Shown: positions 1 to 14,630 of the stretch, one piece after another
How positions within the stretch are numbered: the stretch's first letter is position 1
Layout: every line of letters starts with the position of its first letter
Source of the DNA: Octopus vulgaris
Lineage: Eukaryota
NCBI GenBank assembly: GCA_951406725.2
Contig: OX597818.1
Span: 72,106,001-72,170,000 of the forward strand
DNA length: 64,000 nt
Direction of reading: 5' to 3'
Notes under the pieces: model-generated
The model's database searches: none
The model's input: only the letters and a program-made list of their open reading frames with translations
Told to the model about the DNA's origin: nothing
Position numbers and translations under genes: made by a program

Positions 1-219
1 TGTGTAGGTGGTTGACCTCTTAAACCTGAACAGTGTTTTAATTAATGTTTTATTGTATTCTTTTATTTTTCATGCATTTATTAGATTTAAAAAAAAAATT
101 TAAAACTAACTCAGCTTCGTTTTTATATAAACTCTTTGACCCACATGTATTTGGAAGTCTTCTCTTTTACGCACACTTCGAGGCCTTGTAGCTCAAAAAA
201 AGATCATGATAGTCGACAT

Positions 220-220
<1 letters not shown>

Positions 221-284
<64 letters not shown>

Positions 285-326
285 ATACTACTACTACTAC
301 TGCTACTACTACTACTACTACTACTA
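221..326. repeat. (ACT)n microsatellite
   Basis: Direct trinucleotide run. Confidence 0.95.
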
Positions 327-328
327 TT

Positions 329-722
329 AGGTGGCGAGCTGGCAGAATCGTTAGCACGCCGAGCGAAATGCTTAGCTGTATTTCGTCTGCCGCTACGTTC
401 TGAGTTCAAATTCCGTCGAGGTCGACTTTGCCTTTCATCCTTTCGGGGGTCGATTAAATACGTACCAGTTACGCACTGGGGTCGACATAATCGACTTAAT
501 CCGTTTGTCTGTCCTTGTTTGTCCTCTCTGTGTTTAGCCCCTTGTGGGTAGTAAAGAAATAGGCATTTCGTTTGCCGTTACGTTCTGAGTTCAAATTCCG
601 CCGAGGTCGACTTTGCCTTTCATCCTTTCGGGGTCGATAAATTAAGTATCAGTGAAACACCGGGTTCGACTAGTCCCCTCCCCCAAAATTTCAGGCCTTG
701 TGACTTTAGCAGAAAGGATTAT
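329..722 (+). mobile_element. tRNA-derived SINE, family A (internally duplicated body)
   Basis: Head ggtggcgagctggcagaatcgttagc (A-box-like) and gagttcaaattcc (B-box-like). The block gcctttcatcctttcggggtcgat occurs twice and there is an (ATT)n tail. Copies recur across the window. Confidence 0.85.
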
Positions 723-794
723 TATTATCATATAGCTCTTACATGCTAATTTAATTAGCAGGAATATTATATAGAAGTTTGGTGACAAGTCTTT

Positions 795-1008
795 TCAGAA
801 TCGTTAGCACGCCGGGCAAAATGTTTAGCGGCATTTCGTCTGTCTTTACGATCTATGCTCAAATTCCGCCGAGGTCGACTTTGACTTTCATCCTTACAAG
901 GTAGGTAAAATAAGTACCAGTTGAGCACTTGGGTCGATGTAATCGACTAGTCCCCACCCCACAATATTTCTGGCATTGTGCCTTTAGTAGAAAGGATTAT
1001 TATTATTA
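795..1008 (+). mobile_element. SINE family A copy
   Basis: Aligns by eye to 329-722 and ends in (ATT)n. Confidence 0.8.
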
Positions 1009-1051
1009 TGGCTGTTGTTGCTGTTGTTGTTGTTGTTATTGTTATTATTAA

Positions 1052-1094
<43 letters not shown>

Positions 1095-1483
1095 GACATA
1101 CAACGAGTCAGACCTGTTTTGTATTTCGCTGCCTCTTGAGTGTTTTCCATTTCTGTTGATTACATTTTCTGATTAATACTTGAAGAACACGGCCAGATTT
1201 CAAAGAAATATCTTGTTTATTTTTCAACTTTTTATTTAACAGCCAGACATTTGCAGATTTTTATTGTAAACACCCTTACATCTGTAGCAGCAGCATCTGA
1301 AGCAGTAGCTGAAGCAGTAGTTGGAGGAAATTCCGATTATGGTTGTAGTAACCATGATATTGAAGAAGATGATACATCCTCTCCAATAGAATGAATTTGG
1401 AGATTTGAAAGCCAAACGATTCAATATATAGAGAAACATGAGAATATTAGAAATAATTAAAAATAGTAACAACAACAACGTTG

Positions 1484-1583
<100 letters not shown>

Positions 1584-1589
1584 AACCGT

Positions 1590-1780
1590 CATTGTTTCCC
1601 GTTATATACGCACCAACATGAGATAGTTGCCTCCTTGGTATTTGATCTTTGGCAAGAGCATTCAGAAAACTATGCCAAGATCTGTCCTTGCTGTGATGTC
1701 TCTCCATCTCCGAGGTTAGCGACCTCTGCCCCTCTTCCTCTCAATTATGCCTTCCAAACAGATCTTACTGAGCAACAAAT
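1590..1780 (-). mobile_element. RTE-type LINE 3' fragment
   Basis: The minus strand reads ICLEGIIERKRGRGR...KDRSW, typical of the RTE ORF C-terminus, followed by (GAT)n. Confidence 0.5.
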
Positions 1781-3064
1781 CAGTCGCTAATTGTGGCGAA
1801 GTAGTTTGAGTACATTATTTTAGATAACAGAGATAATTAGAAGGAATTTAGTTATTTGTCTTAAGTTTTCAATTGCTAACACAAAACTCATGGTCTGTGA
1901 GTTTAGTGTTAGCAATAATTCGTATTAAATGATTCTGAATAATCGTGTAATGCGACTAAACTCGCAATAATTCAAAAGCCTCCGTGAAGACTGTCACTGG
2001 CATCTCCAAATCTGTCAATTTCTTAAAAAGGGTAAAGCAAAATGTACATTCAGCCATGACAGTATAGTAATCGCCGCAATACTTTCTAAAACGGAAGATG
2101 AATGTTCATCTGGATTCTATATCGGCGGACGCCCCTCTCCAGTCTTAGCGGCGACACTGATGATATTTCTGCCATAAACTAATTCTGCCAGGACTTACAA
2201 TGTTTTGTTGACTCTCTTGCTAAGCATGTAGAAGCAAAGCTTTCCATCAATGTACTAACAACAAAATGCATGACAACAGATAAATCTAATCCAGTCGACC
2301 TTACAATATGTAGCAAGCCAGTAAACAAGTTTCTGAAGTTATCTACCTCAGACACAAACCATTTTCGAAAAACGATTGCATGATAGCTGCGAAGCATAGA
2401 ATCAGATTTGGCTGGACAGCTTTTGATAAGAACAAATTCGCTGATCTACCAATTGGAGATAACGCATTTACTGAAGAACATTATCAAAGAGATTGGAGAC
2501 AGCCTGGATATTCAGAGAGAGAGAGACGACAATGAAAAGGAAAGAAAAGAGCAATCAACTGCGGAAGTGATACTACAGCATATACTGAGGTGTCAGGGCT
2601 GGGACCGAGTAACAAACGAAAGACCTACCTATTACAATTTTATCGTTTATCTTTCATCTATTATTTGCTTCACGCTGAGGTACCACATTGAAGAGTTTAG
2701 CTGAATAATTCGACCCCAGTACTTATCTCTTGAAAGTCTGGTATGTGTTCTATCGTTCGTTTTTTGATGAACCGCCTATTATAGGGATATAAACCAACCA
2801 AACCCGGTTGTCAAACGGTGTTATGAGACAAGCAGAATCACAACACATACACATACAATCACACACACACTCACTCACACACAGGTGGGGCTATAGTTGA
2901 TAGATGGGTATAGGAAGGCGAGAAGCAGATATTGAGAGACTAGACATAGAAAAGACAAAGAAAAATGCATATCTATGTATATTTATCTATGTATACATCT
3001 GTATCTATCAGTCCATCTCCTGCTCGCTCCTACCCTTTCCCTCCCTTTTTATATTTCGGGGCAT

Positions 3065-3088
3065 GCATACATAAATGCATATATATAT

Positions 3089-3126
<38 letters not shown>

Positions 3127-3171
3127 ATATATATATATATATATAGGGTTTATATATATATATGTCCGTGC

Positions 3172-3216
<45 letters not shown>

Positions 3217-3218
3217 GA

Positions 3219-3265
<47 letters not shown>

Positions 3266-3330
3266 ATGTATATGCATTTATGTATATTAATGTACACATA
3301 CACATGTATATTATGCAAACCACATTTTTT

Positions 3331-3412
<82 letters not shown>

Positions 3413-3470
3413 TGTATGTATGTATGTATGTATGTATGCATGTATGTATGCATGCATGCATGTATGTATT
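3065..3470. repeat. Compound (TA)n/(TG)n/(TATG)n microsatellite
   Basis: Direct runs. Confidence 0.95.
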
Positions 3471-3820
3471 AACATGCACATATGCATTGATTACACTGCT
3501 ATCAACAAGAGATGAAAAGATAGGTCAACTGTACTCTAACGTGTCTGCAACTAAGTTGCTGCTGCACACAGTGGCACACTTACATCCGTGTACTGGCAGT
3601 ATTGCTGCACTGACGCTGAATTATATTTAAAAAAATAGCCATTATATTCATGCATAAAGTTTAGCTTTACAAGTAGACAGTGTAATTCAACTGTTGTTAG
3701 CTCGCTTACTCTGAGTTACAGTTGTCGTTGGCCTCTCATCAATGGCTTTCAAAACGCCCACCAATTACATCTCTCATCGAACATTCATTTGCCTATCTAC
3801 CTCTTTTTCCCTCACCCCCA

Positions 3821-4445
<625 letters not shown>

Positions 4446-4756
4446 TTTTTACTAATATATGTGTAGATCAGTCATTGAATTGCGGCCTTGATAAGGCTCA
4501 GCCTTGATGAGTTTAGTCGATCACATTCCTCCAGTACTTATTTTGATGTTTTTTGTCGAACTGCAGTGCCAAAAACAAACTAAATCCGGTTGCCAAGCGA
4601 GAAATAAACATAAGCATCGAGTCGATTTGTTTGACTAAACTTTTCAAGACGTTGCTCCAATGGGTTATACGAAAGAATACACAGACATACACGCTCACTC
4701 TATGTCAACACAGAAAAACAATGAATGAATTATTAGAAACCAGAAGTGTTTTGCTT

Positions 4757-5170
4757 CTCTTTTACTCACTTTTACTTGTTTCAGTAATTTGACTGTGGCC
4801 ATGCTGTAGCACTGCCTTTAGTCGAGAAAATCGACCTCAGGTCTTATTCTTTGTAAGCCTCGTATTTATTCTATCGGTCTCTTTTGCCGAACCGCTAGGT
4901 TACGGTGACGTAAGCACATCAGCATCGATTGTCAAGCGTTGTTGGGGGGGGGGGACAAACACAGACACAAACATATACACACACACACAAATATATATAT
5001 GCATATATACGACGGGCTTCTTTCAGTATCCTTCTACCAAATCCACTCACAAGGCTTTGGTCGGCCCGAGGCTATAGTAGAAGACACTTGCCCAAGGTGC
5101 CACGCAGTGGGACTGAACTCGGAACCATGGAGTTCTTAAGCAAGTTACTTACCCCACAGCCACTCCATTC
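4757..5170 (-). mobile_element. tRNA-derived SINE, family B (with internal microsatellite)
   Basis: Reverse complement of the copies at 24056 and 35203: tRNA-like head gtggctgtg..ggtaag..gttcagtccc, internal TA/TG tract, (AAAAGAGT)n tail. Confidence 0.85.
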
Positions 5171-5305
5171 CTTCGAAATATGAATGATTTAAGAAATTAA
5201 TGAATTATTTCTTCTCCCTTTACATTGTAAAGAACTCTTCGCATTAAATCTTAATAAGTGTGTGTGCATGTGAGTATGTGTGCGTACATACATACATACA
5301 TACAT

Positions 5306-5376
5306 AGGTGCTGCTATTAAGTTAGACATGGCCTAGGCCAATACTGGCCAAAACCTTTCTAAGTTATTCTAAGTTA
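5306..5376 (+). mobile_element. Isolated 3' end of the CR1-type LINE
   Basis: Near-identical to the 3' terminus at about 36988-37037 (gctattaagttagacatggcct...ttctaagttattctaagtta). Confidence 0.8.
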
Positions 5377-5415
5377 TATATATATATATGTGTATGTATA
5401 TATATACATATACAC

Positions 5416-5481
<66 letters not shown>

Positions 5482-5753
5482 CACGTATTTATACACGTAT
5501 TTATATATGTGTTATATATATATATATATATATATATACTTTGGTATCTAGTAGAAAGTCAGCACAGATAAAACTTTAGAAAACAGAAACAGAAGATGGA
5601 AGTGATCAATACATTGCCTAAGGCCGCTTAGGCTGCTACCATATTTCAACATTTAAAGATCCATTTAAAGTCTGCATTTTAGACACGAATTTAACCTGAA
5701 CGCTGATTGTGTGGGCCTATTAACTTACGCCATCATACATCACATTATCTACA

Positions 5754-5792
<39 letters not shown>

Positions 5793-5827
5793 TTCCTCTG
5801 TTTCTCTATAACTTTATATTTATATAC

Positions 5828-5906
<79 letters not shown>

Positions 5907-5913
<7 letters not shown>

Positions 5914-6240
5914 ATATTTCGGAATGGTCATATTGCCAGTTTAGCCAATAAAAACACACGCACTATATATTTGGTGTTATTTTGCTTCAGTGATATTTAT
6001 TTTTTAAATTAATCTTAATCTTATTTCGGCCAAAGTTCTTTCGTCACACTCCTGTGACCGCATCAGTGGTCCTTTGTTTTCTTCTCACTTATTTGTGTCT
6101 CTCCTTACTAACCGTCAGCCATTTTGTATTAAGATTAATGTAAAAAATAAATATCACTGAAGCAAAATAACACCAAATATATAGTGCGTGTGTTTTTATT
6201 GGCTAAACTGGCAATATGACCATTCCGAAATATAACAATA
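5907..6240. mobile_element. Fold-back element (about 110-bp inverted arms) within (TA)n, PLE pLTR-like
   Basis: 5907-6019 is the reverse complement of 6128-6240. The spacer carries a degenerate HHR-like motif on the minus strand. Confidence 0.7.
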
Positions 6241-6296
6241 TCTGTTTCAACACACGACTTCACATAAAAAATATTGCACAACAAATATTTAAACGT

Positions 6297-6354
<58 letters not shown>

Positions 6355-6989
6355 TATGTATATATTCACACACACGCATATATATGTATGATATATATAT
6401 ATACACACATGCACACACCACACACCACTAGGCATACTCCCACGGCCCACACAAGCACATAATACCTGAACACAGACAATATATACACATATACGCATAC
6501 GCAACACGTATAAACATACGCAATACACATAGACAAAAATAACTATCGCCCACAAACATACACTATATACATGCACACTCTTTGGTCACAGACACACGCA
6601 TATGCACATGTGCACGCATCACCTTAACATGCACACATCAACTGCTGCACACAACACCCACACACGTTAGATCCACTCGTCCGAATTCCCACATACACAC
6701 TCACACACACCATCCTCACGTGCACACACTCGCTTGCGCACCTTAGTTCATTGGGGTTACCATTACCGTTATTATTATCTCCTATTAATTCAACTTTTTT
6801 TCTGTCATCTCGCTATGTTGGACCCTTTTTAAAAATTCTCTCTGCATTTTCCCTCTTAATCCTTTCTGTCGAAGAGCGTAAGCTTGAAACGTAAAAGACT
6901 TTTCCATTTTTCCCGAACGTTAAACTAATACATCGGTTTCTTGTCCCTACATCAGTCATCATATTTTGTTTTCTATAAATTTGAACTAT

Positions 6990-7200
6990 ATTTGGAGGAT
7001 TGAAAAAGCATATCAAAAGAGTTCATACTGGGGCATCTGTTACTTCAGCCAACCAGCACGGCTGTGCATTATGTAATAGAATATGCATATCTTTCACCGG
7101 ACTCCAGAGTCATGCAAAGGCCTCACATCTCACCAATATTGGACTCATTTCAATGATACTTTTTGGCTATGGCTTTGCTCGTATACGAGAAAGCAGCTAA
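6990..7200 (+). mobile_element. RTE-type LINE 3' end with C2H2 motif
   Basis: Peptide HGCALCNRICISFTGLQSHAKASH. Confidence 0.5.
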
Positions 7201-7218
7201 GATATACATACATATGTA

Positions 7219-7299
<81 letters not shown>

Positions 7300-7300
<1 letters not shown>

Positions 7301-7916
7301 ATGGATGTATACTAGAAAGAAGTTAGATAACATTATATGTAACGAAACCAGTGGTACCTTCCCTAGATATAGAAGTAAAGACTGGAAAATAATACAAAGA
7401 GTTTGTGATAAAGCAAACATGGGGTACAAAACCGGAAAATATCAGGGAGTGATGTTTGTAGAAGCCACAGCCCATGGAGAACTAGCCCGAAGATTTAGGA
7501 AAGTACTGAAGGAAGCCAAGCTAAACATTAAGATCATTGAAAAGCCAGGGAGCTCTATCAGATCACAACTATGTAAAGTGTACCCCTTTGAGAATACCAT
7601 ATGCACCAATGATAACTGCATGGTATCAAGGATTAAACCTGGCATTAACTTTATAACTAGGAATGTAGTCTACAGCATAAGATGCTTGGAAAGACAAGAA
7701 CATGATATACAAAAGTGAGATATCTAGTAGCATTGAATATTTGAGACAATATGTGTCTGCCATACTCTACCAACATGTCAAAGACCAGCATGGAGGCAAT
7801 CTGGCTCAACTTAACATCTGCATTTTATTTATCCAAGCAACCGAAGGACCCAACACTCAGACAAATACAGGAGTACGTACTCATAAATGAAACATCCCCT
7901 GCATTAAATAGGAAAT
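7300..7916 (+). mobile_element. Penelope-like element C-terminal fragment (Cys linker + GIY-YIG endonuclease), frameshifted
   Basis: MFVEATAHGELARRF..IIEKPG..CTNDNCMVS..NVVYSIRC, then in other frames YKSEISSS (degenerate YxGETSR), SAILYQHVKDQHGG and PTLRQIQEYVLINE..LNRK. This resembles Naiad/Chlamys-type PLE endonucleases. Confidence 0.75.
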
Positions 7917-8489
7917 ATACTTAGTAGGTAGTCATACACCTATACCCACAGTTTATATATTTATATATATATATATATATATATATAGGTAGAGTCGTTA
8001 GTGGGCTGTTATGTAGATGTATGTGTGTGTGCATGTATGTGTGTATGTTGTATATGTATATGTATATACGTATGTGTATACGTATATGTATATGTCTGCA
8101 GGTAAATGGATATGAATGTAAATAGTTACACATATAGACAGATAGGTACATAGGTAATATGAACAGACAAGCGCACATACACACATATATACATATGTAT
8201 ATGCATGCGCACACACACACGCATACATGCATATGCACACATACATGTATACATACGTTCGTACATGCATGCATACATACATACATATGTATATGCGCAT
8301 TCACACTCACCCACACACATGCGCACATACAAACAAAAAGAACGCAGCTCAGATAACGGACAGAGCCAATGACTATTGAAAAGGCTGCAAGAAAAGTTTA
8401 GCAAACATAGATATGTAAATGAGTGAAAACTGAACAGGTGAGTGTGTTAAATAATAAGGCACTAAAAGAAAATGACTCTCCCCAGATAA

Positions 8490-8582
<93 letters not shown>

Positions 8583-8647
8583 ATGTATAAATGTGTGTGT
8601 GTATATATACATATATATATATATATATAAACATATACGTATGTATG

Positions 8648-8694
<47 letters not shown>

Positions 8695-8882
8695 GTCTGT
8701 GGGCATAAGATTTGAATATGTGTGTGTGTGTGGCTCACACTCATTAACAATGGTGTTGGTTTATTTCCATTTCCATAGTGCAGTAGTTTGACAAAAGTGA
8801 TCTAAAGAATAAGTACCAAACTCTGAAAACTTGGTCACTGTTGTAAGACTGAAGCAAGCACATGATAAAACATATAAATTGT

Positions 8883-8916
<34 letters not shown>

Positions 8917-9573
8917 ATTGCTAAGAGAGATAGAGAGCGAGGGTTTATGAGCAAGATTGTTGTGTATGCGTGTGCATATGTGTGTGTATATATGTATTTG
9001 TATAGAAGTGTGTATGTTTTACAATGTCTTTAAGCGTCTTCAATTGTAAATATGTCTTGAAAGTTTGTTTCAGTTTCTCTCTGTATAACATTGGCGCTCT
9101 TCTTGCTCCCTTTGACTTCTCTACCACTCACCACTCAAACTCATATTTCGACCACTCCAACAGCTACGACTAATGTCACTCGTCATCTTCACGACTCCTA
9201 GCACCAGCGCCAGTAGCAGCAGCACCAGCACCACCATCCTCAAAAACAAGAGCATCACGATCAACATCACTAATACCACGTCGCTACTGCCTTTTCTGCC
9301 ACCTCCGCCCTGCTGCCGCAGTCTATCGTTCGTTCATAAAACATTCTCATTACTTTTTTAACAAAAACAACTTTGAGACCACAACCAATACCATCATCAT
9401 CACTGATTCTCGTCATCATTCTGCCCCCATCCCCCACTCTGAACAACCAGCATCATTATTACCACCGCTTCAACAACAACCATCATAGCTACAATAGACA
9501 TTTTAACCAATGCCGCCGCTTCCGCTTACACGATCACTACTAATACTTGTTCCCTCCATCATCATAACCACCT

Positions 9574-9857
9574 TCTGCCGCCGCCTCTGCCGCCGCCTCT
9601 GCCGCCGCCTCTGCCACCGCCGCCGCCTCTGCCACCGCCGCCGCCTCTGCCACCGCCGCCGCCTCTGCCACCGCCGCCGCCTCTGCCACCGCCGCCGCCT
9701 CTGCCACCGCCGCCGCCTCTGCCACCGCCGCCGCCTCTGCTGCCGCCACCACCTCTTCCGCTGCTGCCGCTGCTTCCGCCACCTCGACCGCCACTTCTAC
9801 CGCCACCTCTACAGCCACCACCGCTGCCGCCGCCGCCGCCGCCGCCGCCGCCTCTGC
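9574..9857. repeat. GC-rich 18-bp minisatellite (ccgccgccgcctctgcca)n with (CCG)n
   Basis: About 7-8 direct 18-bp units plus degenerate flanks. Confidence 0.9.
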
Positions 9858-10720
9858 TTGTGACGCAGCCTCCGCCGTTCTCTCCATCACCGCCACCACC
9901 ACTTCCACTAATTCACTATACTCCCAGTCATTCACCTCGCACCAAAAAATTTTTGTGAGACCATGTGAAAGAAAGCTGCTATATAACTTGAATTTCCATT
10001 GAGCTTGTGAAAACAACCTGTCTTCTTAACAGTTCACTGTTGCTAGCACATGACGTAATAGTGACGTCATCATACCACACTACTTTCACTTTCATATTCA
10101 CCAGCGCACCGACTTCCTCATCACCGCCAACACCAGTACCATCACTACCACTACTTCAGCAACCACTGCCATTTTACAACTGCCTACACCATTGACACTA
10201 CCAACATCATCACCACCACTTCTACCATTACCATGAACACTGCTACGACGGCCGTCTCCATCACCACCGCCACTACCACTACTACCACCACAGCCACCAC
10301 AGCCACCAACACCACCACTGCCACCACCACCGCCACCACCACCACCGCCACCACCACCGGCACCACAGCTCCTACTACCGACACTACCCCAGACCGAAGA
10401 CACACAGCCCACCTAACACTGCTGCTGCCGCCTCCTTTCACTCCGCGAACGCCGACCCGACCTGCCAACGCAATCTGTCGTTCTTTCATAAAACACCTCC
10501 ATTACCTCATTCTACACTTTTTTAAACTTTGATTTCTATTTAAACTCCCACGTCTTCATACAATTACAACGGCGGCTGCAGTTGCTGTTGCTGCTGCTGT
10601 TACTAATACTACTATTATTACTACGGTTTCTGCTGTTGCTGTACTACAAAAGCTCCTGCTTGATGGGGCCGCTGATAGTAATACCGATACTGCTGGTGCT
10701 ACTATTTAAATTAAGTTTTC

Positions 10721-10801
<81 letters not shown>

Positions 10802-10888
10802 CACACATACACACACACGAACACACATATATGCATATATATATATATATACACAAACGCACATACACGCACGCGCACACACACACAC

Positions 10889-10934
<46 letters not shown>

Positions 10935-10950
10935 ATATATATTTATCTCT

Positions 10951-10985
10951 GTTTCTGAAGAAGACCGTTGCTCGAAATGTTAAAC
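10951..10985 (+). ncRNA. Minimal type I hammerhead motif in a PLE pLTR-like fragment
   Basis: gttt CTGAAGA agaccgttgctc GAAAT GTT aaac. Helix I is gttt/aaac and helix III is essentially absent. A related, more degenerate copy lies at about 45611-45645. Confidence 0.55.
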
Positions 10986-11101
10986 CATCTTTCTTTCCTT
11001 CCCTGGGCGTCTGCTAATAGTCTACATGTACCACGTCCTCGCGTTGTTATGCTTTTTATTTGTTTGTTATTTTTGGGGATTTACTATACATATATATATA
11101 T

Positions 11102-11238
<137 letters not shown>

Positions 11239-11682
11239 TACACAGGCGCAAACGCTCAGGCAAAAGTGAAACTTTGAATTATCTGCCAAATTTTGATGTT
11301 GTAATATGAAAAAAATAATAAACACGCACATGATTTGCAATACCTAATATATTCGTAAATTGTAAATTATATAAGATATAACGTTATATATGTATGTATA
11401 TATGTGTGTTTATGTGAGTGTGTGTGAGTGTGTACAAAAGCGAGAGTTTCGTTCATATGCAGACATTGATATACACACTTTCACAAAGGAATTGAGAGGA
11501 GATAAATCTAATGTAACTTCGGACGAAACAATGTGTATACTGTTAATTCACGGTTAATAATAACAACAATAACAACAATAGCTGTAACAACGACAATAAC
11601 AGCAGCAGCATCAACAACGACAACAACAACGCCAATGATATTGATGATGATGAGAATGATGATGATGATAATGATGACGATG

Positions 11683-11713
<31 letters not shown>

Positions 11714-11738
11714 TAATAATAATAATAATAATAATAAC

Positions 11739-11813
<75 letters not shown>
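11683..11813. repeat. (AAT)n microsatellite
   Basis: Direct run. Confidence 0.95.
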
Positions 11814-11815
<2 letters not shown>

Positions 11816-12497
11816 AGACAGTACATGGATTTATCAAAGAAATAGGTATGACATTTGGATTAGAATAATGTGCCAAAGCAACCTTGAAAAGAGGAAAACT
11901 AGTTACGAGTAGCAACATCACACTAGATAAAGCCAATGAAATAAGCCATACATACAAATATTTAGGAATCAATGAACTAAATACGCTACAACACACGCAG
12001 ATGAAAGATAAAATAAAGAAAGAATACTATAGACGAGTTAGATCAATAATGAAAACAGAACTCAATGCTAAAAACAAGATAATAGGCATTAACACTTTAT
12101 CCGTCCCAGTTATAAGTTACAACTACAATATCCTTAACTGGACACTAAATGAACTAACCTAAATAGACAGGAAAACAAGAAAAATAATGATAGGATCTAG
12201 GTTGCACCACCCAAAATCCGACATAGAAAGGCTATATATACAACGTATAGAAGGTGGTAGATGCCTTACACAGCTGGAAAACTATCATAAAATAGCCACT
12301 GCAAAAATAACTACTTCAGAAGCCAGAAAAACTAATACAAATAGCCACAAAACACGAGCAAAACAAAAAACTGTTTTCAGTATTTAAGGAAGCTGACAAA
12401 TACAAACAAAAAATCATACTACCTAACAAATATAAAAAAGAATAAACAACAAAAGCTATAAAACAAATGAAATCCAAACTAAAACTAGAACAACAAC
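11814..12497 (+). mobile_element. R4/Dong-clade non-LTR retrotransposon fragment (RT end/thumb region), disrupted
   Basis: IGMTFGLE*CAK..YKYLGI..KEYYRRVRSIMKTELNAKNKIIGINT..LHHPKSDIERLYIQRIEGGR. Abuts (AAT)n, the known Dong target. Confidence 0.8.
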
Positions 12498-12499
12498 GG

Positions 12500-12808
12500 T
12501 CCATGGGATTGCACCAAGAAAGTTCCCTCAATGGCACAAGTCCCGACAAGGTTGTTTGTGGAAGACCAGCAGTCACCCATGCATATCATTCTCCACGCTT
12601 CATGCGACTGATGTTGTCTAAGGGAAAGGTAAAGGCCAATACAGCTTCGCAGCAGTGACGTCGCAACTCATTTTTACAGCTGAGTGAACTGAAACAACAT
12701 AAAATAGAGTGTTTTTTTTCAAGAACACAACAAACAGCCCGGTCCGGGAATAGAACTCATAACCGAACGATTGTAAACACGATACTCTAATCACTAAGCT
12801 ATGCATCT
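12500..12808 (-). mobile_element. tRNA-derived SINE (CORE-like centre), degenerate
   Basis: Minus-strand head gcttagtgattagagt..gagttctattcc and ttcagttcactcagctg. A related copy lies at about 27090-27400. Confidence 0.6.
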
Positions 12809-13334
12809 TCACACATAGATATACAAACACCTATAAAATAACCAATTATCTATACAAATATAATAAAATAGAATTAATATGAAGTATATTTACACACCCC
12901 TAGCAAACATTTTTCATGTTAGTCCACAAATAAACACTGAAACACATTACATTCTCCTCACATTTGTTGAAGAACGAGAAGACACCTCACTATATAAACA
13001 AGCCTTGCTGTTCCCCTTACAACTTGAGTCTCTCAGAAACACTAGAATTTATTTACACATTTCTGATTATATATATTTTTGTTTAATTCTGTCATTGTGC
13101 ACTCAATCATCTCCCCATAAAATTCTTAAAATAGCAGCTATTGATCACCTACTACATATCTTCACGAAAATGACCAATCGAATTTTTAGTTTCATTTCAG
13201 TTATGCATCTTCAAACATCATTGGTGTATAATTCCTAACTTCCACCTAACCCACGACTCTTCTACCAATGTATCACCACTCCCCCGCTCGATCAACGATT
13301 ATATAATAACAACGTTTAATAAAAATTGGCATGA

Positions 13335-13391
<57 letters not shown>

Positions 13392-13463
13392 CGTACGTGT
13401 GTGTACACATATATATATCTATACAGACAGACACGTATATGTAGATGTATGTATGCATGTATG

Positions 13464-13527
<64 letters not shown>

Positions 13528-13529
<2 letters not shown>

Positions 13530-13808
13530 ATGGCCCGATGGTTAGGACAGCGGACTCACGGTCGTAGGATCACCTTTCGATTCCCAGACCGGGCGTTGTG
13601 AGTGTTTATTCGGTGATGCTCCAGCAGCGGGTGGTGGTGAACCCTGCTGTACTCTTTCACCACAAATTTCTTTCACCCTTTCTTCCTGTTTCTGTTGTAC
13701 CTGTATTTTAAAGGGTCAGAACTACTTTAAGGGTACACGTGTCTGTGGAGTGCTCAGCCACTTGCACGTTAATTTCACGTGTATGTATTATGTATGTATG
13801 TATGTATG

Positions 13809-13896
<88 letters not shown>

Positions 13897-14043
13897 CATA
13901 TATATATGAATGAGAGGTTTTGGTATCCAGAAGACCCAAAAGGTAGGTAAGGCTATGTAAGTACCACGGAAGTGCCACTATTAGACTCCCGGTTCGATAA
14001 TAGATCAACTGGAACCCTCGTCGTCGTAACCGAAAGAGTGCCA
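13528..14043 (+). mobile_element. tRNA-derived SINE interrupted by a microsatellite and an insert
   Basis: Head gatggcccgatggttagg..ttcgattccc. The body is interrupted at about 13780-14003. Confidence 0.55.
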
Positions 14044-14077
14044 CGTATATATATACACACATACATACACGAATAGG

Positions 14078-14143
<66 letters not shown>

Positions 14144-14169
14144 TATTTATATATTTATATATGTACCTT

Positions 14170-14577
14170 TTAATTCTATACTTGTTTCGGTCATTAGACT
14201 ACAGCCATGCTGGGGTACCGCCTTCAAAGGTTAAGCCCAACAATTTAACACCGGTACTTATTTTTTGTCAAGTGCTTATTCTCTGTATTTTTTTGACAAA
14301 CTGCTAAGCTATGGGGACATAAACAAACCAAAACCAACACCGGTTGTGAAGCGATGGTTGTGGGGCAAGCAAAAGACACAGGCTCACACACACATTTACA
14401 TGACGGATTTCCACACTGTTTCCGTTTACTGAATTCATTCATGAGGCATGAATCATTGGTCTGTCGGGGGCTATTGCAGAAGACACCTGCCCAAGATGCC
14501 GTGCAGTCGAACTGAACTCGAAAACACGTAGGTTCAAAGGCGAATTTCCTATAACCACACAGTCATGACTGCGCCTA
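14170..14577 (-). mobile_element. SINE family B copy, diverged
   Basis: Similarity to 4757-5170. Confidence 0.75.
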
Positions 14578-14630
14578 AAATTGAATATTAGTATGAATGG
14601 GGATCGAACTCACGCGGACAACTGCCTTTT

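Noticed and set aside
329-420. tRNA genes at SINE heads
   Set aside because: A/B-box-like motifs continue into SINE bodies and no full cloverleaf forms.
6861-6898. HHR-like TCGAAGAG..GAAACGTA motif
   Set aside because: Core positions 3-4 are altered and helix I is weak. Probably a decayed copy, so it is not called.
9540-10016. 158-aa Ala/Glu-rich ORF (AEAAAV)n resembling an antifreeze or helical-linker protein
   Set aside because: Explained by an 18-bp minisatellite that is open in several frames. There is no independent coding or splice evidence.
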